Positions 23,244 through 34,113 of a DNA stretch of 37,412 bases are shown here, one piece after another (positions within the stretch are counted from its first letter, which is position 1; every line of letters begins with the position of its first letter). The position numbers and the translations under genes are program-made. The DNA is from Octopus sinensis. Lineage: Eukaryota. Where the stretch lies: the NCBI RefSeq assembly GCF_006345805.1, contig NW_021836807.1, positions 1-37,412 of the forward strand, in the 5' to 3' direction. The notes under the pieces were generated by a model. The model was given only the letters and a program-made list of their open reading frames with translations. It ran no database searches and was not told the origin of the DNA.

Positions 23244-23635
23244 TGTGCTTGTCCCCCCAACATCGCTTGACAACCGATGCTGGTGTGTTTACGTCCTCGT
23301 AACTTAGCGGTTCGGCAAAAGAGACCGATAGAATAAGTACTAGGCTTACAAAGAATAAGTCCTGGGATCGATTTGCTCGACTAAAGGCGGTGCTCCAGCA
23401 TGGCCACAGTCAAATGACTGAAACAAGTAAAAGAGTAAAATACTGACCCCTTCGCAACGTTTGTTTAACGGTGACCCTGAAATCTCTCCAAACCACGTAT
23501 TATATGACTTCCACTAGAATGATGACTCTCGTATATCTGGGACGGAGTGACGGATACATTGACAAACGTGTTAGATCAAGAAAGTTATCACATTGATTGA
23601 CCAAGCATTCACTGGTCAACAAACTTACAGCTTCT

Positions 23636-23691
<56 letters not shown>

Positions 23692-24689
23692 ATTATTACA
23701 ACGATTTCGGCCTCTCTGAAATACAAGTCAAGTACAATTAATATCCCACCTATAGCCAATGTTCTCTGTCTCTGTAGTTACTATAACTATTAAGGCTTCT
23801 CAGAAATACAAGCTGTGTACCACGTCCACCAAGGTCTCTCTGATGCATCCACTTTTCCTACTGTTGTCATCTCTATTTACTCTCACTGCCGCCACTCCCA
23901 ACCATTAAAATTCCTAAAGAGAATATTTCACCAAATCTTTACATCCGAGAGCTTCCTTCAAACCATCATTTCACCCTAACGTTATCAACCTTCCAACATC
24001 GGAAGCCTTGACGTCAACGTCTGTGGAAGAACATGCTAAAAGCATAAACCTCGCCTCCCTTCTTTGCGACATGTAGTTAAACAAAGAAAAATAATAACAT
24101 TAGCACAAAAGGTGTTTAAGAATTCCGAAATATCACTCAAGAATAACCGGAAAATAAATTAAAAGAATGGTCTCAAAGGCGATATTAAAAACAATATATT
24201 TCCACAAAACCGTTTAGAAATAATTTCTTTGCATTAAATTTAGGTTAAGATCTAAATTTGGTGTAGATTGAATTTCAAGTTCAACTGGCAGCGTTCGACT
24301 TAAAAATGCTGTTATTATTTATGATTACTGGGAATTGAAACTTAGATTCTCTGTAGGTGGATGATTAGTTCTTTAAAAGATAAGCATCATCAACGAGAAC
24401 TTGGAGAGAAAGCTCAATAATTGATAAACACAGTAATTAAGAAGCTAATAGAGAAAGCAGATTAATCGTTTAAAACTATAAATGGGAGACTTCAAGAATT
24501 TGAAACCAAAAATAATTATTTTTAATCAAATGTTATTAATTTACAATGTTCGTTGCTTAATTTTTAAATGACTGGGTAAATAGCAGAAACAATAAAAGCA
24601 ACAACGTTGACAATAGCAACAACAACAGCAAGAACTACAAAACCAAAATGATTATTTTACATTAGCACATTTCTAAATATTGGTAGAAT

Positions 24690-25150
24690 GCATATAGTCG
24701 ATTGAGTCGCAGAAGTATGAAAGGCAAAGTCAATAAGCCGACAAGGCCTAGGATGCGTAAACTTCAAATCTCTTAACGAAATACTGCAAATTATTTTGCT
24801 CGGATTTTTGCCGTTTGTGCCAATCTACCATTAGAAGAAAATATTTAAATACTCCAAGACTGTGCCCCAGCATGGCCTCAGTCTGATGACTGAATAAAAT
24901 AAAATATAAAAGATTAGTTATTGCTAACACTGACAGAACCGTTAGAGAATCGGATTAAATGCTTTGTGCCTTTGTTCCGGCTCTTGTTTTATTTGTTCTG
25001 TGTTCAAACACAGTTGAGGTCAACTTTGCATTTCATCATTTTGGGTTCGATAGAATAAAGTACTTACCAAGGGCCGAGATCGATGTAATTCACTGTCCTC
25101 TTCACACCCTAAAATTGGTGCTTTTCTGTTAAAATTTGGAACCATGATTA
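24690..25150. mobile_element. Cluster of degenerate SINE fragments: D (minus, about 24690-24830), E tail (24860-24905), D (plus, about 24925-25150)
   Basis: ATGAAAGGCAAAGTC; CCAGCATGGCCTCAGTC..ATGACTGAA; GAGGTCAACTTTGCATTTCATC...CGATAGAATAAAGTAC. Confidence 0.6.
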
Positions 25151-25229
25151 TTTTATTAAGGTTTTGATCTGGCAAAATCGTCTGCGCGACGAACAAAATC
25201 TTTACCGGCAATTCTTCGGTGCGTATGCA

Positions 25230-25244
25230 TACATGTGTGTATGC

Positions 25245-25301
<57 letters not shown>

Positions 25302-25366
25302 CACACATACACACATACACACACAAACGCAGATAGATAGATAAATTGACAGACAGACAGACAGAC

Positions 25367-25433
<67 letters not shown>

Positions 25434-25435
25434 CG
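25230..25435. repeat. (CA)n + (TAGA)n microsatellites
   Basis: Directly visible. Confidence 0.95.
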
Positions 25436-26029
25436 TGAGCATACGCGTGTGAGTGTATTTGTATGTTATTTCATTTATGCGCAATTTAAATTCTAATAGA
25501 TGCACATGCATGTGTGTGTATCTGTGCGCATGTGCGAACTATTGTGTGAATCTATATGTATGGGTAAACGTGTGTGCGTGTGTGTGTATGAGAAAGAGAA
25601 AGAGAGAGCGTAAAAGTGTGTTTAAGAGAGAATGTGTGTCAGCGTGTGTACGTGTGTGTGTTTAAGTGAGCACAAATATGTGTTTCTGTATCATTGAATT
25701 ATATCTCGTTTTTCAAAGGATAACACAAGGACACTTATTGAAAACTTAAAACGGTGCCCAATATCACGTGTATAACCAAGAAACGAAATCAAAAGCCATG
25801 CTGTAATGAAGGTTTACAAATGTCAGATAAACCTCCTGTTATTCACAACCCCTTTTCGCAACGGTTGTTTAACGGTGACCCTGAAAGAGCGGTTGGAGAA
25901 AGAGGCCGAAATGTTGATGACAAGAATCTTACGGTTTCTTAGCTCTCTTTAAAAGATGACGGTTTCTTGTGGTTATTTCATATCTTTCGTCGTATCTGAA
26001 CTTGGTCAGTGACAATGATCTATGTAAGT

Positions 26030-26308
26030 GTGTTTATATATGTGCGTGTATATATATATATATGGATAGATAGATAGGTATACTATATATGTATATCTAT
26101 ATACATATATACTATTACATACACTATAGTATATATATATATATATATATATACATATATATGTATGTATGTTTTTATGCATGTATATATATTTGTATGT
26201 ATATGTGTGTGCATATATATACATATGTATATAGATGTATATATATTTATATGTACATTGTATATATATGTATATGTGTGTATGTATATATATATATGTA
26301 TAAATGTG

Positions 26309-26374
<66 letters not shown>

Positions 26375-26412
26375 CACCTACATGTATGAGTGTGTATATG
26401 TATATATATATA
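26030..26412. repeat. (TA)n-rich microsatellite
   Basis: Directly visible. Confidence 0.95.
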
Positions 26413-27103
26413 ACATTATTTGCTGCGAAGTGTTTGTCAGTCAATCCGACACGCAGACAAACAAGCGGTATCAGTGGGTAGAAAACGAGTGATCATTTAC
26501 GTAGAGAGGTTTAACGAATGCCATCTTGCGTTACATCAATTCGCATCCGATCGTATCGTTAATGACTCGCGGGACGAACTGTAAATGGTCACCAACTATT
26601 GATGTTTACCTTTTCGTCTTAGAAGAAGAAAGCTAGCATTATTATCCACCTAAATCGACATGGCATTATTTAGCCATGCTATATTTAAAGATTAGCTAAA
26701 GATATTAGCTGTTTGATTACATCTTAGTAGGAAGGGATTTTCAATGTTTCACGTTATAATGATATTGTTGAGATGTGTCAACGCAACGAAATGTGCGCAT
26801 GACCTTCCTTTGATAGGGTCATATGCAGAAACAGCATACCTTCAAATGAATGCGCTGACGTGCAAATCTTTGCATGAGTTTGCGAGTTTGTGTTCAGTAT
26901 GTGTGTGTGTGTATCGGTATGTATACGTCTGTGTACACATGTGCTTGTGCATCGGGGTGTATCAAACACACTTGTATCCACAACATGCTTTGATATTAAA
27001 TATCTGGTTAGGAGTTGTGTCATCTTCGGTGAACAAGGAATGGAGATACACTGTTTAAACTTGGGATCTGGGTATTATTAATGTATATGATCAGACTATG
27101 TGC

Positions 27104-27460
27104 TTTATTCTTTTATTCTTTTACTTGTTTCAGTCATTTGCTTGCGGCCATGCTGGAGTACCGCCTTTAGTCGAGCAAATCAACCCCAGGATTTTTTGTA
27201 AGCCTAGTACTTATTCTACCGAACCGCTATGTTACGGGGACGTGAACACACCTGCATCGGTGCACAAACACGCACACGCACATATATATATATATACGAC
27301 GGGCTTCTTTCAGTTTCCGTCTACCAAATCCGCTCACAAGGCCATTGGTCGGCCCGAGGTTATAGTAGAAGACACTTGCCTAAGATTCCACACAATGGAA
27401 CTGAACCCAGAACCATGTAGTTGCTAAGCAAGCTACTTACCACACATCCACTCCTGCGCC
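27104..27460 (-). mobile_element. SINE family E
   Basis: Reverse complement begins GGCGCAGGAGTGGATGTGTGGTAAGTAGC and ends GACTGAAACAAGTAAAAGAATAAAAGAATAAA. Confidence 0.88.
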
Positions 27461-27570
27461 CATGTATAATATTCATATATAGATAGGTACGCACACACAC
27501 ATATTGTGCATATGCGAAACCTTTGGACCTTGCTTCACATTGCTTTACATACACACACACACACACACAC

Positions 27571-27762
27571 AGTTAATCCCAACACATTTTTACTCTTTCT
27601 GCTTTTTCTTTATCTCTATTTTTTTTTTTTTACCCCAACATTCCGTTTTGTCGAAGAGCGTAGGGTCGAAACGTCAAAGACTTCCTCCTAAGCATTAAAC
27701 TAATACATCTGCTTGTTGTTCCTTCACCTGTTTTTGTCTTTCGTTGTTAGTACATTTGAAAT
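27571..27762 (+). mobile_element. Degenerate family F element with an eroded hammerhead motif (about 27644-27680)
   Basis: TTGTCGA-A-GAGC(GTAG)GGTC-GAAA-CG-TC-AAAGA, then CTAATACATCTG as in the 22948-23128 copy. Confidence 0.6.
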
Positions 27763-27932
27763 ATATAGATTACAATGAAAAATGCGAACACATTTAGGTT
27801 AATATTCTCAAGTTATTAAACCTGGAAAAGTACAGGACAAGTTACTCCTAGAAAAGTACAGGACAAGCTTATTGATATTCAAAATATTGCAGCTGTGGTA
27901 AAAATTTTAAAATATATTTAGATTTAATAACT

Positions 27933-28248
27933 GTGAAGGCACATGGCCTAGTGGTTAGAGCAGCGGATTCGCGGTCGAGGGATCACGGGTACGAATCTCA
28001 GACCGAGCTCTGTGTGTGTTTATGAGCGAAACGCCTAAGCTCCACGCGGCTCCGGCAGAAGGTAATGGCGGACTTCTGTTGACTTTTTCGCCACAACTTT
28101 CTCTCACTCTTTCCTCCTGCATCTTGCAGCTCACCTGCGACGGACCGGCGTCCCGTCCCGGTGGGAAACCTATACGCCAATGAAACTGAGAAACCGGCCC
28201 TATACGCCAATGAAACCGAGAAACAAGGGGCAAAAAAGATTAAGAAGA
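27933..28248 (+). mobile_element. SINE family A (OR2-like) with TSD and a 30-bp-period duplication near the 3' end
   Basis: Colinear with 256-545. TSD AGATTTAATAA at 27920-27930 and 28249-28259. CCTATACGCCAATGAAAC(T/C)GAGAAAC at 28169 and 28199. Confidence 0.88.
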
Positions 28249-29178
28249 AGATTTAATAATTAAAAATAATAGCTTTTATTAGCAACTCTATGATTAAAAA
28301 ATTAACTCAGATAATAAATTTAAGGTTAACTGTTTGCAAAAAATAAATAAAATTCAGTTGCTTCATTAAGAATATTTTTCGATTACAAGTTTTTAAGAGC
28401 TACTAAAAGGGCAGACACATGCAGGTTAATATTCTTAGGTTATTAAACCTGGAAAAGTACAGGACAAGTATATTTATACTTAAAATATTAAGTAGTATTC
28501 AACTGAAATTCCTTTTTTGCTCATCTTTTTTAAAAAAAAACTAGCACGCTATAATTTATTGATAAAGACACCACATGATTGGTCTTCTGGAAATCTCAAA
28601 AAGGGTAGGGTTGAAGCTTACAGGAAGGTACAGTAATATTTTCCCGGATAGAGTGGGGTATCCCTCCTAATTAGATTCTTTGCTTGGTGGGGTAGTATGG
28701 AGCTACATAGCCTATATGATATGAAATGTAGGGGGAGGTAAATTCCTCTGTATACCCTCTCCGTGTAGATATGGGAGTATTAAGCTTCATGTGTCCACCT
28801 TTTTCATTGCAATCGATTTTTTCCCAGGCTATGTAATTAAACTAATAAAAGTGACAGTTAATAATTTATAATTTTACCTGATTAAGAATTTTTCATTTTA
28901 TTTAATACTTTTGTTAAATAATTTTTTTAATATTTTTTCGTGTTTGATGATTGAATTAAAATGCGAATAAGTATTTATCTAAATAAATAAAAAAATAATT
29001 GTAAGAGCACTTTAGTTACACTGGCTCATAATAAAATAGAAAATTGTAACGAAGATTAGAAAATGAGCGAATGCATCCACCTTGCGGCATGTGGAGCCAT
29101 GCTCTCATGACAGGGTACCCAGCACCTTTGTTGAGAAAAGTATTAAAATGAATTAATAGAAATAGAATTATAATAGAA

Positions 29179-29588
29179 GGCAGCGAGCTGGCAGAAACGT
29201 TTGCATACCGGGCGAAATGCTTAGCAGTATTTCGTCTGCTGCTACGTTCTGAGTTCGAATTCCGCCGAGGTCGACTATCCCTTTCAGGGGTCGATTAAAT
29301 AAGTACCAGTTACGCACTGGGGTCGATATATACGACTTAATCCGTTTGTCTGTCCTTGTTTGTCCTCTCTGTGTTTAGCCCCTTGTGGGCAGTAAAAGAA
29401 ATAGGTATTTCGTCTGCCGCTACGTTCTGAGTTCAAATTCCGCCGAGTCGACTTTGCCTTTCATCCTTTCGGGGTCGATGAAATAAGTACCAGTTACGCA
29501 CTGGGATCGATGTAATCGCCTTAATCCGTTTGTCTGTCCTTGTTTGTCCTCTCTGTGTTTAGCCCGTTGTGGGCAATAAAGAAACAAA
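29179..29588 (+). mobile_element. SINE family D tandem dimer (head + 2x body/tailX)
   Basis: TTCGTCTG at 29231 and 29409; the whole dimer is flanked by AAATAGA(A/T)TTATA at 29160-29172 and 29589-29601. Confidence 0.9.
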
Positions 29589-30437
29589 AAATAGATTTAT
29601 ACTGGAAAAGTGGTGTGTATTTACAAATTAATGTTGAGTTAGATTGCCATCATATTAAATAATTTGTAAATAAGTCTTAGTTTGTTAGATCATAGCAAAA
29701 AAAAAATGATAATAATAAATAAGCACAAATCCGGTGACTGGGGAATCTGCAATTTTTTCATTATAGTAGTCAAAAAACGCAAGTTATTGTGGCGGAATAG
29801 CTACATATTGATTCAAATTACCTAAATGCATGATATAAACAATCAATATATTAGTCAATCAAAAAGTCATTCATAATAAAAAGTTAATTAATTATGGGAA
29901 TTATAATTGTAAGTTTAATTAAGTATTCAATCATTAATTAGTAACTAAAAGAAGCAAAAAGAAGGAATACACCCATTTGATTAAAGCCATTCATACATTT
30001 TTGCTGTTTTTATTTATTTTTAACACGAACGTGCGCCCATGTGTTGTTTTGTTTCTTTATTTTTATTTTTATTGTTTTTAAAATTTTTTTTAATTTTTAG
30101 GGCTTATATATTTTATAATTGAGATAAAAAATTGTCAAACAGAAATGATCTTTTTTGATCAGAAGGTTTCAAATTGAATTTTAAGAATTATTTTCATTTA
30201 CTTGAATTATAAAAATTGATTCAAAAACGAAATTAGAGCGTATTTCTACAAATAAAGACTAGATCTATTATTTTTTGACTAAATTATTATGCATTAAACC
30301 TAGAAGTATGTATTTGTATATATATGCAGTAACGTGTCTGGATTAAAAGAAAAAGGAGAGTGAAGATTAGAAATAAAGTTAAAAAGAAAGAGTGAAGAAA
30401 TCTTGCTGTGATGCAAGGGAGACAACTGTATATATTT

Positions 30438-30541
30438 TAAGTCTTTTACGTTTCGAGCCTACGCTCTTCCACAGAAAGGAACACAGAAAGAAACAAGGAG
30501 AGGAAAAAATGTGTGTAGCGGCTACCGATCTATCATGGCGA
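30438..30541 (-). mobile_element. Family F element, truncated just after its hammerhead
   Basis: Reverse complement GATCGGTAGCCGCTACACACATTTTTTCCTCTCCTTG... matches the 22948 copy; abuts (TA)n. Confidence 0.7.
30443..30478 (-). ncRNA. Minimal hammerhead-like motif (CUGUGGA core)
   Basis: CTTT-CTGTGGA-A-GAGC(GTAG)GCTC-GAAA-CG-TA-AAAG. Confidence 0.6.
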
Positions 30542-30543
30542 TG

Positions 30544-30609
<66 letters not shown>

Positions 30610-30716
30610 TGTGTGTGTGTATTATATAATCCTTTCTACCATAGGCACACGGCCTAGCATCACTTACTTTTTTGTCCCTTTTTACCTCATACCTTTTTCA
30701 AAAAAAATTGTATTGC

Positions 30717-31020
30717 ATAAAATTAGTATTTTTGGATTCCCCTCGGTTTGACTTATCATTAGAGCTTAAATTAAATATAGATTGCTTTTAAATTAAGAAA
30801 GTTTTTTGAAGTCAAAGTTGATTGGAAGCGTTACTTACTTTTCTTCGACACTTTTGGCTTCACAGCTTTTTTATATTAAAGATTCTGTTGATAAAATTGA
30901 CATTTTTAGATTCCTCTCGTTTCTTTCTCTCATTTAAGCTTAAATAAAATATAGTTTTGCTTTTAAAATAAGAAAGTTACTTTGATTCATAGTCGATTTT
31001 TCGGCTTACTTTCTCCTCTT
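30717..31020 (+). repeat. Diverged tandem duplication, period about 174 bp
   Basis: ATAAAATT...TTTTT(G/A)GATTCC(C/T)CTCG...AGCTTAAAT(T/A)AAATATAG...AAGAAAGTT occurs at about 30717 and 30891. Confidence 0.7.
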
Positions 31021-31849
31021 GCACCTCACATATTTTAACATAACTTTTTATCCATTGAGACACATTTCGATATTTTCATATCAAAATGTACCTTGGGAGG
31101 TGACTATTATACAACTGTTAACAGTTTTGAATTTGGTTGAGAAATGAGTTAGTAACAAAGCTTTGAAGAGGCTGCGAGTGAGTATATGTTGACCTTAAAA
31201 ATTTTATTCAACCACAACCAAGGTTGAATGATATTGTGTGTATGTGTGTTTGTGTGTGAGTGTGTGTGTGTATCGTGCACACGTGAAACTTTTGGCCCTT
31301 CTGCCGATTAAAAATATAATATATTTACTCATGTCGTTTAATTTTATTAATACAACCAAACCTATATGCATATGACTACGCACGTATAAGAAATAGAGAA
31401 TGAGCAATCAAAATGTGGCGTCACTTTAGAGCATTTAAATTATTACATAGTGCAGAGTAGTTATAATAAATGTGTAAGTATTAAAACTACTCTTTGCTAT
31501 AAATTATGTTTAAATTATGTTTAAATTATAAGTGTTAAAAAGACATCAGATAAATTTTTGCGTAAATTATAGTGTGGCTTACTCATGCTTTTCAATTGAA
31601 CTGAATTAAGCGTTGTAAGTGTCTGACTAAACTTGCTTATTGGGAAATTTGTAAGTTCGATTAAAATTTTTTTTTTCTTAGGTATCACCATTTTAGTTAT
31701 TTATACTCTGGTGAAATTAAGATATCAACTCGTAAATAAACGAAGCGCTCGAATCCATCACTGTACACACACACATACGCACACCACACACACATACGCA
31801 CACTACACACACACACAGTCGCATATCTATGAATGTATTTATGTATGTT

Positions 31850-32022
31850 TGAAGATAATCAGACCAAATGTTCGACATTTTGAACCACTCACCCAATGAG
31901 TATTTCAACCAAATTTGGTGAAAATCCGTTCAACCGGTTTCCAGTAATTTTGCAAACACACAGATAAACAAACTAACACACGTGATTAAAATACCCTGCT
32001 TTCGCTTACGCGCGCAGGATAA
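31850..32022 (-). mobile_element. Terminus of a Helentron/DINE-1-like (HINE) element
   Basis: Minus strand TTATCCTGC...GCAGGGTAT hairpin, then GTTTGTTTATCTGTGTG and GAACGGATTTTCACCAAATTTGG, a layout typical of DINE-like ends. The other end was not located. Confidence 0.45.
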
Positions 32023-32279
32023 TAGCGTGCTCGAAAGTAGTACCACATGTTTTGCTTGTTCATTCTCTGTTTTTAATATATATATATCGACCCGTTCAAC
32101 GATGGATCACTTTTAGCCAGCTTAAAAACCACCTTTTTTTTATCAGTTACAGTTCGTGTCGGAGTTTTAGTGGTAAACCGAATCGACCACACCTATTTCA
32201 TTACGTAATTAGACGAAGATTATTTTATATGCATACATACGTGTGTGTGCGTGTGTGTGTGCGTGTAAAACATGCATGC

Positions 32280-32314
<35 letters not shown>

Positions 32315-32321
32315 AATAGAC

Positions 32322-32402
<81 letters not shown>
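32280..32402. repeat. (CAGA)n/(TAGA)n microsatellite
   Basis: Directly visible. Confidence 0.95.
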
Positions 32403-32403
<1 letters not shown>

Positions 32404-32528
32404 ATTGGACAGATGTTTTAACCAGATTCAGCAATGTTTATAAATTTAATTAAATTCTGGATTAGACTGCAAAACCGTTTAACTCACAATTACACTTTTG
32501 TTCCATTTCTTTATAGTATTTCTATACA

Positions 32529-32855
32529 CTAGGAAAGGTAGACAGTTAGATAGTTTTACATACATACATACACACACACATGCTGATACATATATATATA
32601 TATATATTCCAAGAAAGCTTAACTAATGTTAGCAAACTTATGGATTTCGCCAACATGAAAATTGGTAAAAGTTATCTGTGTAAAGCTATTTTTACCGCTA
32701 TCCGGGGGTGCCTCGAGAAAAATAAGTTGACAAAAGTGCAGCCATGGTCGTGACTAATGTCTTCCTAAAATTGGAGCGTGCTAATTTTTGAACGGACATA
32801 AAGTACATTTACGTACACACACACACACACACATTCTGCCTTTTATAGATATAGA
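32529..32855 (-). mobile_element. Probable Helitron (5' end clear, 3' end uncertain)
   Basis: Minus strand A|TCTATATCTATAAAAGGCAGAATGTGTG resembles the start of 17218. Candidate CTAG|T at 32529-32532 has no clear hairpin. Confidence 0.4.
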
Positions 32856-32986
32856 TATTATATATGTAAAGTATAATATGTTATACATGTATGTATATTG
32901 TTGTAATTGTCATTTTAGTAAATGAATAAATAAATTGACATAATATAATGTCTAAAAGTTGATGAATACCACCTATTGATCCCCTC

Positions 32987-33041
<55 letters not shown>

Positions 33042-33043
<2 letters not shown>

Positions 33044-33249
33044 AAATGTGACCGAGTGTGTACCATTGGCGATTTTTTTCCTCCGTCTTCCCTTCTCTGG
33101 ATCTTTCCTTTTCCTATGTTTCTGACGAAGAGCTCCACTCGAAACGTAAAACCCTCCTTCTTCCCTTCCTTCCTGAGCGTCCAATAATACTATATTTGTT
33201 CCGCGTCCTCGCGTTGTTGTGTTTTCTCTTTGTGTTTTCATATTTGGAT

Positions 33250-33253
<4 letters not shown>
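33042..33253 (+). mobile_element. Family F-related hammerhead element sitting inside a (TA)n run
   Basis: About 210-bp pyrimidine-rich unit with (TA)n on both sides; shares downstream CCTGAGCG..TAATAC with the other copies. Confidence 0.7.
33118..33152 (+). ncRNA. Minimal type-I hammerhead ribozyme with a canonical core
   Basis: GTTT-CTGACGA-A-GAG(CTCCA)CTC-GAAA-CG-TA-AAAC: CUGANGA and GAAA cores, stem I GTTT/AAAC, GUA cleavage triplet (33146-33148). Confidence 0.75.
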
Positions 33254-33289
<36 letters not shown>

Positions 33290-33367
33290 CATACTTAAAT
33301 GCATACCTACATACATACGTACATACGTTCATAAATACATGCATACAGACATAGACAGGCAGACAGC

Positions 33368-33399
<32 letters not shown>

Positions 33400-33402
33400 G
33401 AC

Positions 33403-33433
<31 letters not shown>

Positions 33434-33718
33434 AAGAAAGAAAGAGGTAGATACATGCAGAAAGGTAGAAATAGTGAGCTTATTTTTCACCAATGATACT
33501 GTGATAACCATGCCACACTTTTTCATTCAGATATGTCTTATCATTGACAATAATGCGGACAAAAATAATGGCTTTTCAACTCTTAAAATTTCAGTATGTA
33601 CTAATATATTCTGCTCTCTCTGTATGTATTAACGTTATCGATTTGCAAAATAACACAGTTGGATGTGCACTGATACACTTATATTGGTTGTAAGGATTCT
33701 CATTATTATGAAAACAAG

Positions 33719-33787
33719 TTATGTGAATTTCCCATCTGATATTCACACGGATCGCCGTGTGAATATCAGATGGGAAAATTCTCATAA
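33719..33787. repeat. Long inverted repeat: 23-bp perfect arms, 4-nt loop, extendable by 9 bp
   Basis: TTTCCCATCTGATATTCACACGG (33728-33750), ATCG, CCGTGTGAATATCAGATGGGAAA (33755-33777). Confidence 0.95.
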
Positions 33788-34113
33788 TATTTATAATGTA
33801 ATTTATCTTTGCACAACTCTGCACACTATATTCTCACCATCATATGAATTCTTTGGAGTGTTTCCTTTGCATATAATTATTTCCCATCATATCTTTTTCT
33901 TTATTTAGACTCTTAAAATGTTTTTCGTACATCTTCAAACCATAAGCACATTAATGATATTTTGTTTACTCGTCATCTTATACTTCTGGAAAACGTTTGG
34001 TGGTGTGATCGTCCGCTTGGTTCGTCTCTGGATCATATTTACCCAAATTGTGATCTGTGGCCAGGAATTATAATTCTCGGTTGGTACAGTTCACTTAGCT
34101 ACAAAGACATTCA

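Larger units (their letters stand above)
22806..23440 (+). mobile_element. SINE family E lacking its first ~22 nt and carrying a nested hammerhead element
   Basis: Starts AAGCAGCTTGCTTACCAACC; standard 3' half from about 23250; insert at about 22948-23128. Confidence 0.88.

Noticed and set aside
25881-25920. CTGAAAGAG...GGCCGAAATGTT hammerhead look-alike
   Set aside because: Core spacing is wrong and no stem I pairing is found.
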